Below, one piece after another: positions 12,301 to 26,246 of a stretch of 64,000 nt of DNA. Position 1 is the stretch's first letter, and every line of letters starts with the position of its first letter. The DNA comes from Zancudomyces culisetae HAW-14-8. Lineage: Eukaryota; Fungi; Kickxellomycota. Location: assembly GCA_052426225.1 (NCBI GenBank), contig JBNJNM010000012.1:1984001-2048000 (forward strand), written 5' to 3'. Position numbers and translations under genes: made by a program. Below the pieces are notes generated by a model. It made no database searches. It saw only the letters and a list, made by a program, of their open reading frames with translations, and was not told where the DNA came from.

Positions 12301-13665
12301 AAATCAACAACAAAAATGAGCCAATCTGATCTCGTAAAATCTAGAATCAATCCCAATTTCTACCAACAAATCGTATCTCCACCATCACCATCTACTTCAA
12401 AACCAACATCAACATCAACATCAACACCTACATCTACCAAGACACAACCAACGCTAATGCCAGTGGCTTATCTTCATGCCACTGGATTGTTTTCAAACTT
12501 TATTCCAACTGAATTAATGGCTGCTCATGTTATAAAGTACATGGCCAACATTCTAATTGTTCAGCAAGAAAATAGCAGCAATGCACCTTCTTATTATCAA
12601 GCCAACCCAGAATTATGGAATATTGATCAAGTCTATGGTTTCTTTGACAAGACTAAATCCAATGTATCGATCTTCTCTCTCCATTCTAAATATTATGAAC
12701 ATTGCTACAAGACCACCACCAATCATTCCAAACAAAATAATAGTAGTAATAATAGTAATAATAATGGTAATAGTAATGGTAATAATAATAATAGTAGTGG
12801 TAGTGATATTGGTGATGTTATACCAGAATCATGTATTCCAAACTCCTACCTTACTTTATTACATTCTGTTCTGCATTATGGTGGTGTTGGCAATATAAAA
12901 CTACTGATTGCTACTATTGAGCAGCTATGTGATCCTTCAACCAATTTATTGGATTTGTTGCAACCTGATTGGTTCCCAAAATTCGACAACCAGTATCAAC
13001 AACAACAACATCAACAACATCAAGAAAAGGAAAAAGAAGCGTCAAATACCATAAATAATACTGACAAATCAATTCGTGTTCAACTAGAAACGTATTCCCA
13101 ACTACTTTATCTGGTTGGAATTATCTGTCCCATCCTTTATCGGTTTTCCAATTATCCAAAGTTACTTTGTCGAGTGATTAAATGTCTTTTCAAATTATTC
13201 GTCAAAATTTCAAACAAAAATTCTTCTACCACATCAACTACCACCACCAGCTGTGCTACTGATTTTAACATTAACATTAACATTAACGCTAACACTAATA
13301 TTGATAATGATATTGATAATGGTAATGGTAATGGTAATCCAGAACAAGGTCAAGGTCAAGGTGAGAGTGAGGGTGGTTGTCAGAATGAACAACATATTGA
13401 TACTCACATCTTTATCGATTTATTAATCGACTTTTTCCATTTTACTCGTGAAAAATTCCCGATTAGTCAACGTCCTCTTTACTCGAATAACTTTGATACC
13501 TACTTTAACTCTGACTCTGGCTCTGACTCTAACTCTGACTCTGGTTCTGACTTGGAATCGGATTTAGCTTGTACTTTGAATTTTTGGACTACTGATATCA
13601 AACATTTGGTAGATTCTGTAGCTTGTCCAAAACTTAAATTACGATTGTTACTCTTGGTTTTGTAA
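5944..13665 (+). CDS. MED23: Mediator subunit 23-like protein, heavily expanded (~2487 aa). Exons 5944-5997, 6149-6183, 6291-13665
   Basis: MED23-like blocks 'DNALIWFLLQ', 'HPQLYTTLECFALCL', 'YLTKFPEFFEYEG', 'LPVYYENNMVRLVPVLDYSIDRLIE', 'EIPNP..AL'. Two GT-AG introns join MNELKKYLDY... in frame with the long ORF. Confidence 0.8.
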
Positions 13666-13783
13666 ATTATGATAAAAGTCCTTTGTTCTTTGCCTTTTCT
13701 TTTTTCTTTTTTCTTTTGTTTTATGTTTTATGTTTTACGTTTTATGTTTTATTTAATTAAATATTTTTTTCTAATAATTTTTC

Positions 13784-16753
13784 TTAAACAGTGTTCCAAG
13801 ATTGTGCTACTATATTACTAACACTACCAACTTTATGGCTGTTTTTTTCTACTCTTTCTACTTGTACTTGTGCTTGTAAGATTCCTCCTTGTCCATATGA
13901 TGGTGTGGAAACACAATTTTTCCAATTGACATACAAACTTGGTAATTCCAATACCTCAACCATTATTTTTCTATTTTTTATTAGTATTTGTATTTGACAA
14001 ATGAATATCAATATTTATGGTTTATGGTTTATGATTTATGGTTTATATACTTGCCTCACAAACTGATAATCAAAATATTTTGATCCATCAAATAGACCAA
14101 ATAACACTTCGTATTCACCATTTGTCGCTTTACTCTTGTCTGCATCAACTCTTACTTTTGGTATACAAATCTTTATATAACTTGGGTTTTTAACCTGATC
14201 ACTACTACTACTATTACCACTACCATAATCGTCATTTTCCCTTGATAAAATTGTGGTATTGTCACCTTGTCTTTTGGATTGTATTTGTATCCATTTTATA
14301 ATCCCATACTTTGTTTTTCCCTGATTAATAATCTCTGTCTTGAACTTCTCAATTACCAAGAGGTCCATAGGAACAGGTGATACCTGAATAAATGGATGTT
14401 GTATTTGTGTTTGCTGTCTCTGTTGTTGTTGTTGTTGTTGCTGGTACCGTGGTTGTGGAAATCTTGGGTTGCTATATACATTTTGGTGACCATCATTTTT
14501 TATAGATATATACGAAATTATTGGTACTTGAGTAATCGAATTTTGGTATATATTATTGATTTTGGATATATATTTATCTATTTCCGCCACCATACTCTGT
14601 GTTGTCGCCACAGTTTCAGGATTCACATTACTATACTCAAGCTGCTCATATACTGGTGAAAATACCAATTGGTTACTTTCCATATTACCTGCATTGTAGT
14701 GGTCAATTGGTATTATCAATACATGTCCACTTTGCAATCCGCTGTTAGTACCGCTGCTAGCAACACCACTATCATTTAGCCTCTGTGGTTGCAGTGGAAT
14801 CCCACCTTTTGCTGCTGCTATGTACACCTGTTGTCCAATATCTATAATCAATTGTTTCTCCAAGTTTGGATTAGATAAACAGAACCAACACCACCTCATC
14901 GAATCACCACCACTCATTTGTTGTTGTTGTTGTTGTTGAGTTGGTCTGTTTATTTTCAGTGGACAATCGTGAATGAAATGTGCTGCTCTAGCTTTACATA
15001 TCTTACACACATAATTGTTCCCTGGTCTCCTAATGAACCCTTCATTACTTTCCCCATTAACACTATCGCCATCTTGTAGTTTCATCCGTTTGACTCTACC
15101 ACTATCGATATCATCATTAATACCAAAATCATTGTTATTACTTCCAATACCAGCTGCAGTTCCATTAAAGTTGGGATCAGTGTGTACAATCGATTCAGAT
15201 GTCATCTCCTCCTTACTAAATGGACAACTAGTAATGGTAGTTGGAACTGGTGGTGCCTCACACTCCCCACTCTGTACCTTGGTTGCTGGTCTTATATGCA
15301 CTGCATAATACCATTTCTGGTACTTTATCCCTTCCCTCAAGTTGCCTTTGTCTCCAACATCCTGTATATTACCCACGTTTTCAATCAGTTTTTCTTTGAA
15401 ATTCCCATAATAGCCTCCTAATCCAATAAATCTAGTGTATTCCTCAATACCACCACCAATTCTGTTATTTCCATCTCGTACATTTCCTTGATGTTTATTC
15501 CCACGACCATAGCCTTCAGTATGACGATTACCACTTAAATTACTACAATAAAACGGCTCTCGTTCATAAAATTCTTCTCGTTGCGTTGAAAATACGTATT
15601 GCGGCCTTGTATTCCCTATCAATTCCGCAAGCAATCCACTAGTTCCAACATTCTCCTTGCCATTCGAATTGTAATTAATAATTCTGTTGTCAATGTCTCT
15701 AGGCCATTGATACGTCACCAATACATCCAGTCTTGATGAATTTTCAGTAACATTGTCTCCAACTTGTGTTAGCATTTCTTCCTCTTGCTGATTGCTATTA
15801 CTGACTATCTCTAGTTGTTTACCAAGTTGTTGCTCAATGCTTACAATGTCGTTTTTATCGAAAAAACAGTGTCCACTTTTCCCATGGTCTTCAATTCCCT
15901 ATTTCATGCATACGGTCCAAGCTTTATTAGTTGACTCATATTACTTATCTACCTACTCTCAATAACCTCTTTAACACGATTATATATTCACAACAAAGAA
16001 AAAAAAATTCCAGGGATTTACCTCGATTCTTTCAATTCCCCCAAGAATACCTATTCTGATCCCTGTTTCGCTCTGGAAAACCCCGCCATTTGTATTACTC
16101 TCTCCAAAATAACAAAATAAATTATCGCAAAGTTGTACAAATGATTTATGTTCTTTTTTCGCATTCTCGATTTTACCCGATATGCTCTCTGGAAGCTCGC
16201 AATTACAGTCATACCCACATCCACAAGAATTTCCGCATTTTTGCTGATCACCAGCATCATTTCCACCATCGACTTTCTTATTGCAAGTATTGCAAGCAAA
16301 CACTATCGTTTGCACTGGAACTTTGATTTCTCCTCCCAACAATCGTTCTAGCTCCTTTGCATCACCTGTACCAGCAGTATTGTTGTCGATTTCATCCTGT
16401 GTATGCGAACCAGCACAATTGCAAAAAAACTTGCCTGCCACCAAGATTAGTTCTATGATACCACCCGCCTTTTGATTGAGTCTGCAAAGTCTACTAAAAA
16501 AGTCGCTGTACCCACCGCAAACCGACCCGGTTACTATTCTGTTTTTGGCAATGTAGTGGATTAATGTGAGTAATATGCTTTTACTATGTCTTTTTCTTTT
16601 TCTTTTTCTGAAAGGCATGCCTGTTCAGACGGCTTTATGACAAAGCTTTGATTATTTTTAACAAAAAAAAAAGTGCGGTAAGAGTATAAGGCAGTATCTT
16701 TTAGTGCAGAGTAAGCGGGTAATTTTAACTTACATTTTACTTGTGTTATTCAT
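13784..16753 (-). CDS. CWF19L1: CWF19-like 1 / Drn1 (metallophosphatase-like N-terminus, CCHC knuckle, CwfJ C-terminal domains); 4 exons, last intron GC-AG
   Basis: Spliced start MNNTSKI|IVTGSVCG; 'DVLVTYQWP', 'FYEREPF', 'TRFIGLG', 'CWFCLSNPNLEKQLI', 'GHVLIIPIDH', 'QFVR|KIMVEVL..NWKNC'. Confidence 0.88.
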
Positions 16754-17083
16754 TCTTGCTATTTATTATTTTTGAGGTTCAACTTGAAAGTTGATTATTA
16801 TTTTTTTATTGTGTTTTTCGATTCTATATGATGCTGGAAATAGAAAATAGCTCAAAATTGCAATAAAGGAAGTTTCTACAATTAGTTATCCAATTAATAA
16901 TTAGGAAAATAGCACTAATTAATATAAAGGAAATTAAATGGTAAATAAATAGCAAGCAGAGTTGCTGTCTTTTACTAAAACAAAATAAAAATATATAAGC
17001 TCTCACAAATTTCCGGTATATAAAAGCACATTATAGTTACGAAAGTACTAACAAGCTTCCATAGAGATCTACCCAAGCATAAA

Positions 17084-19372
17084 ATGAAGTTGCAATCCAC
17101 GCTTCTTTATTCTTGTACACTGTTTGCAAATCTGATTTCCAAATGTAATTGTCAACAAACCGAGAGTATATATCCGAACGAGCGTTATTCGGAAAACCTG
17201 TTTCTAAAGTATGTTCCCAACCAGCTTTATTCCGGTAGTAGCGAATTTGGAAACAAGGTAATAGCTCAATTTGATTTTCTGATTTCCAGAACCCTTACAG
17301 AAGACGTACAAGGTAAGCCTGTGCTTTCGTTTATTTACTACAAAAAGTTAATCATAGAAACAAAGTTAGGATTGGAGGCTGAGAGGAGAAAAGGGAAAAC
17401 CACCTGAATATGGAGAGATGTTTTGAACCTGGTACTAACGGAAAAAAAATGCTACAATATAGCGCATTATAGATTGTATCCTAGATTGATTGGAGATTTA
17501 GTTCAGAAAAGTAATATCACATCGTTCCAGCTGTCTTTTTCGCAAGGGAAATGGAATACCGAACTCTGGGGAAATCCGCCGATCAACAGTGCTGCAACGG
17601 GTGCGGAAATATACTCTCGTTTGGGAAATGGTATCGGGTAAGCACTATTTCTATTTTCAATGCAAGACATAATTCCCAATCATGATTTTGAAGAACATTA
17701 TCAGTATTATGTGTGCTTACTCTAAAAGGGAGGGTATGAACAAATCCAGTAACAACAAAGCACTACAATAGGAAGAGACAGGCTGACTGGAAAGAACTAA
17801 TAAACAGTTTATCGGGAGTGTTCTGTGCCTCGTTGAACCAGGCAGATATGAAAAATGTAGTGTTACCACAGTTCGCATATATTGATAACACTAGTATTGG
17901 TGGTGGTAACAACGACCAAAAGGTCAGCAGTACGGATTTTTTCCATGTATTCTTGGCACAGGAGAACTTGTGTACTGAAAACCTTACACCATTTTTAAAA
18001 CAATTACCTTGTCAAGCCAAAGGTGGAATTGCATCTCTACTAAATGCTCACAAACTGCTCAACTCTGAATATTACTCGATGGCTATTTCTCATACTGAAG
18101 AGTGTGTTGTAAGTGTCTCTTTTGATGCCTTTTTTTTTCTCTCTCTTTTTTATTGTGTGATTTCAAATTGACTTGTATTTATATGGATCAATAGGATGAA
18201 CAGTGCAAGAAAAAACAATGGAAATTTAAACAAAGCATAACAGTCGTATTCAAAAATGATGGGGATACTATTGATACTGAAAAGCTGTTCAAGGCCAAAC
18301 TTACAAAGATATGCCCAGTATCGGAATCCAGCAAGATTTATTTTATTAAAGAGAAGAGCGATCCATCAATCTCATTATCATCACTGGTTCAAAGTCCTAG
18401 TGCTAAAGAGATCGAAATAGACGAATCTACAAGGGCATTAGAGTTTGATTTGTTGGCAACCGAGCTGGAACCCAAAATCGAAATAAATGTTGCAGAATTC
18501 AAAAAAGAAAAGCGAATTGATTACATAGTTGGTGTTCATAAACACATAACTGGCCCTCCTGGTGTTAAAGGGGGCATTCAAATAGTACTAGAAAACAAAT
18601 CGAGTGTTGAGCAGGATATAGTATTATTTGATAGCACTCCATGGTTTTTGCAGGTGTATTTACACACGCTAAACATTAAAAGCGATGGACAGAAAGTTGA
18701 TATAGGTATTTGATCTCACTCTATATACTCATCTCCTTGTATTTTTTTTATAGGTATATGTATTTGTTTCTAATGTTTTTGTACCTCTCTGTATTAGATC
18801 CGAAGAACCTATACTTTCGACCAGCCATATACAGAGAACGGCCAGCTTTACTGGAGTTGAAAATGAAACTAAAGCCGAAATCTACCACGACAATATCATA
18901 TGAGTTTGATAGAGTGTTTATCAAAATGAACGAGCACCCACCAGATGCGAATAGAGGGTTCAATGTTGGCCCAACTGTCGTAGAATTTAGGATGAATATG
19001 CAAGATAAAGATACCTCTGAAAAAGTCATGCCCTTGGTTTGTCGAATTAACCAGCTTTTATCACATGGAAAAATGTAAGTTTATTTATTTATTAAGTTGT
19101 CGACTTTTGTTTCTTTTCTTCCCGCCCCCCCTCCCTTCCCCTTCCCCTTTCCCAATCTCTCCTGGAATGCTAAATATTTACATATCAGTTTATATTTATA
19201 TAGGAAAACATGTAGAGTGCGAGTATATTCCGAGCTGTTTTTGGCGTATTTACCAACACCGGATTTTTCAATGCCATACAACGTCATTACCTTTACATTG
19301 ACGGTTGTCGCCCTGTATTTTGGAAGACTTTTCAATCTGTATTCAAAAAGATTTGGTTATGAGATAGATTAA
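17084..19372 (+). CDS. GPI16: GPI transamidase component PIG-T/Gpi16, multi-exon
   Basis: Signal peptide; 'LSFSQGKW...WG', 'ENLCTENLTPFLKQLPC', 'PWFLQVYLHTL', 'EHPPDANRGF', 'LPTPDFSMPYNVI' across GT-AG exons. Confidence 0.95.
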
Positions 19373-19627
19373 ACCCTGTTATTTGTTGAGAGGGAGAATG
19401 GGTTTGATTACAGTTCTCAATTTTATATAAATATATTCATGTTTTATAGTACATTCCATACATTGACATAGTAAATAAAAAAAATTAAACACAACAGCAG
19501 TACGATTTAGAATAAGAATAATAATATAAATGAGTAAGAGTAAAAGTAAGGGTAAAAGTAAAGGTAAAAATAAAAATAAAAGAGGGGTGTCAACACATAC
19601 AAACTCAACCCGCTCTAGTCGCGTGAT

Positions 19628-20788
19628 TTACGCGCTCTTGTTACAGTATTTGTGCTTTTCTAGCTGTCCAATCATCTCTATATTATCTCTATATCCCTGG
19701 TTTACCATAATACATAACAGATAAACTATCTGGGGCAAAACCCAAAACATAATCTCAACAATCGATGACAGCCTAAACAGACTGAAAATCATGAATATTA
19801 ATCCGAATCCCATAACAAAAAACCGGATCTGTTCAACTGTAATATTGTAGCTACCACTACTTATTTTTTTCTGCAGAATATCGTTTTTTAATACAGAGCA
19901 AAATTCAAAATACTTCAATCCCTTCAACACCATATAGACTTTATCGACAAACGTTGGCACCTTTTTGGTATCAGCGTCACACGAGGTTCTTGCAACCTCA
20001 CTAAGGCCTAGGTACTGATGTTTGTACAGATTTTCGAGTATTGTTGCTGTGCTTTCAAGGGAGTGGATCAGCGCCAATGTTGTAAATACTGTTGCTATCC
20101 GCCTATATGGATGCTCGATTTCCAGTTGTGATAGTATCAGCAATTTAGGAACCTGCGGCTTCTTTACTACTGGATACAATCCCAGTGTTGTTATCGAGTA
20201 TCTATGATCGTATAATTATAAAATTAGCTTGGTATACTATATCGCCAGAATATGCACCCCCCCTCCTTCTCGTCCTTAGGTTGTTTACTTTTTTAAAAAT
20301 ACATCTATCCAATATTCGAGAACTTACATCAAGGTTAATACTAGCGCAAAAACCATCAACACACCCTATTTTATCAGTTTTCAGAATATTCATAATCTAC
20401 AGCCTTGTTTAGATATCAAATGCATAAAGAAAAATAATAATATATTGAGTGTTGTAACCATACCGTAATCTGTTTTAAATCCTTTTCGCTTTGTTCTTTT
20501 ATTTCATCTATCACATACTCTTGCTCTATTTGTTTCATGGTTAAAAATAAGAACATTTACTAATGTACTTCCCTCCCCTCTTATTCACTCCAAATGTTTT
20601 GATTCTTCTCTTCATTTCCTTTTGTATACTACTGCAGTGGCAGTAACTTTAATTACTGTAAAATGAGATAGAAAGTATGTAATTCACAAACCTTCCTCTG
20701 TCAAGATTTCATGTTGCATTTCAAGTGGCTTTTTAGAACCACTCGCCTTTTCCTTCTTGCCGACAATATTTCCTCGCTTTCTGATCAT
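19628..20788 (-). CDS. Small uncharacterised multi-pass membrane protein, 4 exons
   Basis: Exons splice in frame: MIRKRG...ILTEE|EQEYVIDEIKEQ..|GVLMVFALVLTL|YSITTLGLYP...; several hydrophobic helices; C-terminus 'LEKHKYCNKSA'. Confidence 0.65.
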
Positions 20789-21263
20789 TTTTCACCGTTC
20801 TTCCTTTGCACTTATATTAATATGTATCGCCATGCAGTTTCTTTTGCAATTATATATAGAAGTATCGAAATAGGCTTTACTGTTTTTATGAGGTTTTACT
20901 ATTATTTTTTTTACGGCATGATTTATATTCGCATAATTATTTGTTGAGAATTCTTTAGAAAATCGTATGTGATTTTTTATATTTAAACTCCGCATAATCA
21001 ACAAATTATGCCAAAAGGAAATAGTAGCAAATTACAGATACTGTTAGCACCATTAAATTCTGACTCTGGTAACGAGAGGTTGAGCAGGTTAGGACCACGA
21101 AGAAAGTCGGAACCAGAAAGCTCATAAAAATCAACTTGCCATATTATTTATTATTTGTTTATTTACAGTTACTCTATGAACTCAACATCTCGGTTCAAGC
21201 CAAACGCTTTTTCAATATAATGGCGGTTAAAACATGAACAGTCCAGTTTCGGTCATGTGAGTA

Positions 21264-23496
21264 TCAGAAAGCATTCGGAAAAATGTGCGAGATACCCAAA
21301 TCTCCCATTGTCTGGATGGGTTTCGGAATCCGTTGCTGATTTTTTAGCAAATTTTCTTTGAGACTATTAATATCAACATCTTCAAAATACAAGTGCTCTG
21401 CATCAAACACTTTTGTCCATCTCTCAATCATCCTATTTCGATTATTATTTGTGTATACTTCTTAGTACACAATATTTACGTTTGTATTGTTATCCAGTAA
21501 TAGATCCATCCTAAACACAAAAATATTACTCTGTATCCTTTTTCGTGGCACTATCATCGATTCTGTCAGAAATGATGTAAAACATGACTTTGATCCCTAA
21601 AGAAATATAAATAAAACTCGAAATCAGCTACCCAAACGCCTCTGAAAAACAGCTATGTATATTTCGAACAGCAGGCCCATGTTGATAAATTTTCTTACCA
21701 TTCTCAAAAACCTCAAACAATCTTGTGCCGTTATAGTTATTATAGCTCTTTACTCCCCATGCAGTAACCCATATCTACTCCCAATTTAAAATATGAAGGT
21801 AATGAGACTTTTTTTTTTCAAACCTCATAAACCTCAATGTTGGAATAATAATCTGATGGTAGTAGCTGGACTTACCAAAACTTCCGGTTCAAGACGATGC
21901 GCATCTCCAATTATAAAGTAGTAAGTCGCATGTGCTGATATCCTGGTTAATATTTCTCTATTTACCATTTCTGTGAGCGATTTTTTTATCACCGTATTTT
22001 TGTCGTCTGCGCATCTACAAATTTGAGATATTGCGGTTGTAGATTAAAAATATATAACATAAAACAAACCCTGTGAAAAGTGTCGCATGCAATAAAATTA
22101 ATCATCAAATACATCCAACCACAACGGAGTATTTTATCCATGAGCTTCCAACCTACCCTTTATCTGCATTTAAAGTAATAGTAATTTTATGCAGCCATAG
22201 TTTCGCAATACCCTGTGTATCATTGCTTTCCATATCTAAATAACACAAAAATGATATAAACGTTCACATATTAGTATAGAAAGTACATAAATCAATAGAA
22301 TAAGAGTGGGATGACACTTGGAATAGTATCTCCTTTTCCAAAGGTTCTTTTTTCCAGCCGCTACAAAATACTTGGAATTCTCTGAATACATACCTGCTTT
22401 ATTCCTTTTCCCAAAATACCTTTCGCCTAGTCTTTCATTACATTTACTGCATCGAATATCTATTATTTCCTATAGTTACCAAATGATAGTATTTATTAGC
22501 GCTTTTCCACCTCTATGACCTTTTCGAATCGATATAGTGGAGACAAGCGAATATCTTCGATTAATACTCAAAATTAAATATAGATGTGCATACTTTGTTC
22601 GCAATACGCTTTGTATCATATACTACAGAGGTTGATTCGATGTTAGCTTCATCCAAACCTAAATAAACATCTCCAAGTTTAATTGTTTTGTGCCCCTCAG
22701 TCATATTACGCCCTCCTTTACCACCTTGAACACCTTGATCAGCCTCAACTAATTCTGTAATTCCTGTAAAAACCTTATTCTTGCTACCAATACCAAGATC
22801 GTTTTTATCAAAGCTGCCTGTAATACTTGCTCTCTCCATATTGACGTTGTAACTTTCACCGTCTGGATGGCATACCCAATAGTCAATCATTTCTGACCAA
22901 TACTCGGTGGGCAGATTTATTACTTTCCACTCTGTGCTTTCCTCTAGCTGTCCGCCATGGGAATTCGTGGTTAATATGAGATTTCTGCACTTTGTGCAGC
23001 TGATATTTTTTAACCTTTTCAGGTCCTTGGCATTGATTTTACCATACTCTTCGATCAATAAGTTGGTCAATTCGGTTATTTTTGGATTCAGTTTTCTTCT
23101 GGTAGCATTAGCACCATTTCTAGCCAACGTCGCCGATTTATTAGCACCCTCTGTGGAAGAGGATACATTTTGTTTTTGGGAAGCGTTTACCAACTTTAAT
23201 ATTTTCATTCGAAATCTAATTATTTTCGTGTCTTCGCTTTCAAGAATAGATGTCTGGCTTTCGTCGGGATCAATGGATAGAGGAAGCGTAATATCTTTTG
23301 CCCATTCCACGATACTTCCAAGTTTCATTCCCACACTTAATTTATCGTGTTCCAAGTTGAAGACAAAGGCACGAATATTCTCAGAAACAAATTTGGTGGT
23401 TGTAATGTACAAATCCGCAACCGAAAGGTTGGGCAGAGTTTCAATATACGTCGTGGGCACCCCAGAATCGCCCCATATCGCTGCATTTATATTCAT
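21264..23496 (-). CDS. IPA1: UBE3D/Ipa1-family HECT-like (HECT_2) protein, 7 exons
   Basis: 'ISCTKCRN', 'LPTEYWSEMIDYWVCH', 'IRCSKC'; six downstream exons spliced by hand stay in frame to '...HIFPNAF*' at 21264. Confidence 0.85.
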
Positions 23497-23830
23497 ATCT
23501 ATCTGCTTTTCTTATTTTAGGTTGTAGGTCTATTTTAGCTTCTGGTTTAACCCAATCTTTTTTTATATGGATTTTAGTTTACATGGGCTAAATTGGCGAT
23601 GAAAAATTTTCGATTTGCTAATGAAAATGCCACAAATGAAAACGAAAACAATGACTTGTGAATATACCAACAAAATCCACGAAAGCTGAAGTAAAAATTT
23701 GAAGGCGAGACTATTTTTATATTTGTGAATTCAAAAGCTACTTGCTTATTCAATTATTACATTTTTATCTTCTGTAAGGTGTATATAAACGGTACTGGGG
23801 TATCGCGAAGAAATAGGGTAATATCTAAGA

Positions 23831-24489
23831 ATGGAGCCAGTAAGTTTATCTCTCGCTATATATATCCCTAATTTGTTTAGCTAAATGCGATTTAAATCGG
23901 TCGAGCTAGTGTACACATAAAATAAATCCAAATTGTAAAAAGAGAAGTACCTAGAATTTAAACTTGCTGGAACGTAACTACATGTGGATGACGATTTGTA
24001 CTTTGATTTAGGAAAAGCTACAGACTCAAATTAACGACTCAATAACCCGATTGTTATCCAAACCGGGGGTTGCTGGTGTAATTGTATTATCTGGCGACGG
24101 AAAAGTTATCCACAGCACATTTGATGATGAGCAGACGATTATTAGAGCCGGACATGTTAAGCAAATTATTTGTGTGGCTTCAGAAATGGTCAATACCTTG
24201 GACGAGCAGGTACAAACATTATTTTCAGCACTTTTATTTGATATACTGTTGTTTTTTATGATTTTTATAGACAACTGGTCAGAATAACAATCAAAATACT
24301 TTGATAAACAACTAGGATGAACTACGGTTAATTCGACTTCGGACCAAAAAATACGAGCTATTAGTCTGTCCAGGTAATATTACTTGATAGAATTTTACTA
24401 ATTTGATGCAAAGTATTCATACTCTTTTCGTTTTAACAATAGACAAAGAGTATTTCACGATTGCGTTTCATAACGCTTCAGACAAATAA
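23831..24489 (+). CDS. DYNLRB: Dynein light chain roadblock-type, 4 exons
   Basis: MEP|EKLQ..RLLSKPGVAGVIVL..DGKVIHST...|DELRLIRLRTKKYELLVCP|DKEYFTIAFH. Confidence 0.92.
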
Positions 24490-24843
24490 AATGAGTGAGA
24501 AGGCAGAAAGGGGGAGAGGAGAGGATATATACAAGATATTCCTATTAACTATATATAATCAGCCGTAATATATATCTCAGCTAGCACACCAACCTTTCAC
24601 TCCTCTTGCTTTTGGTAAAAACGAATCAGCAGCCGCCATTTCAGTGTAATAGTTTGTGGGTAACACTAAACATCCCAACCACACCATTTTCTAATGAGAA
24701 CACTAAGTACTCGATCTCGAGTTTTGTAATTTTTTACTTCATTTTCGCTTTAGATTTTCTTTCATTTCTTTTTATAAAAAAATATAATAAAAAAACAACA
24801 ACTAAAACTTTAAAGGCATAATAAAAAGAGAAAATATAACAAA

Positions 24844-26246
24844 TTAAGCAGCTGCACGTCTTGCAATGGAACGCTTTGTGGTTTGGGCCTGGAAACCTGT
24901 CTTAATCGCAGCTACGGATCTAGTGGAACCGCATGACTCGCACTGAACAAAGTACAGTCTATTTTCCTTAGTAAGGATGGTTTCACCAGATTTACAAGTC
25001 CTGCATGTGACATATTCCATAATATATCTACGTAGAACGTTTTCTATTTGCTTTTGTTGGAAGCGACCCTTGATGATCAAAGCACCGCTAGGATCATTGG
25101 ATCCAGATGTACCCAATTCGGCAAACAAGTATTGGATTACGTGCTCGGAAGGACGATGCATTCTCCTGCATATATCTGGAAGATTGGCAAAGATAGATTT
25201 TTTGTTTCCATCACGGACGATTTGTGGTGGTGCTATTGTGTATCTTCGTTTTTCTCCTGCCAACTCTGGATTGTTCTCTCGAAGGATTGAGTAAAACCGG
25301 CCAAGTAGCTATTAAATAATTGTAGTAATTTGTACCTTTTAGCAAGACTAGTTATTACTGTTATCTGCGCATGGTTTCGAGCACATTTTATTGCTATAAA
25401 ACATCAAAAACTATTGTAGAAACAAAAAAAGCATAGAAAATCTGAATACTTACCTCTTCAAAAGTATAATCACGGTCTGTTCCTCCCCAACTTTCTTCTG
25501 TCTTATCGTCAGTTTTGCTTTCAACTTCATTTGATCCCTCACCCAATTCGGCCTCGAAAGCTGCCATATTTTTCTTTGACTTTTTTTTCTTCTTCTTAAT
25601 AGAGCTAAGGTCCATGAAATCCTCCTCCTCAGCCTCAGCAGCTGGAGCCTCATCCTCCTCGAAGGCCTAGTATTAGTTTTTTACGAGTTAGAACATCCGT
25701 TTTTTCAAATTTTGGTTTATGAATACATCATATCAAACAATAAAAGTAATTATTAAGTGCTAATCGTTGTACCTTTGGCTTCTTTGCCTTCTTCTTTTTC
25801 TTTTTTAGTTCGGAAAATGCATCATTAAGGAATTCTAAACAATAATAGTTTCGAGAGTGGATTAATTATCTGTTTGCATTTGAAAAATAGCTAATGTATA
25901 CCAGAATGAACAGAAACACGCACAACCAAATTTTCAAAAAAATAAAATGGAAAATATAAACATAAATATAAATTAGTCTGATTTTTCAAAGATACTCACC
26001 ATCTGCGTCTTCATCTCCCTTTTGTCCATCTGCTTCGACTTCATCTTCAAACACAACCTTCTTGGTCTTTTTCTTTTTTACCAATGTTGAAAAGTCATCC
26101 TAAATTATATTGTTTAAAAGATTATATGCGTGCTCTAATTTTCTGGAGGGGAAATACTGCTTTTGAGGTTGAGAAATTTCACTTACATCTTGATGATCTT
26201 CGATTGTAGTCTTTTGTAGTCTTTCTGATATTTCGTTATCGCTCAT
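24844..26246 (-). CDS. SUI3: Translation initiation factor eIF2 beta, 5 exons
   Basis: Three lysine boxes, 'RDYTFEELL', 'FAELGTSGS', '[18 protein letters not shown]', C4 zinc finger CRTC..CESC. Confidence 0.97.
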
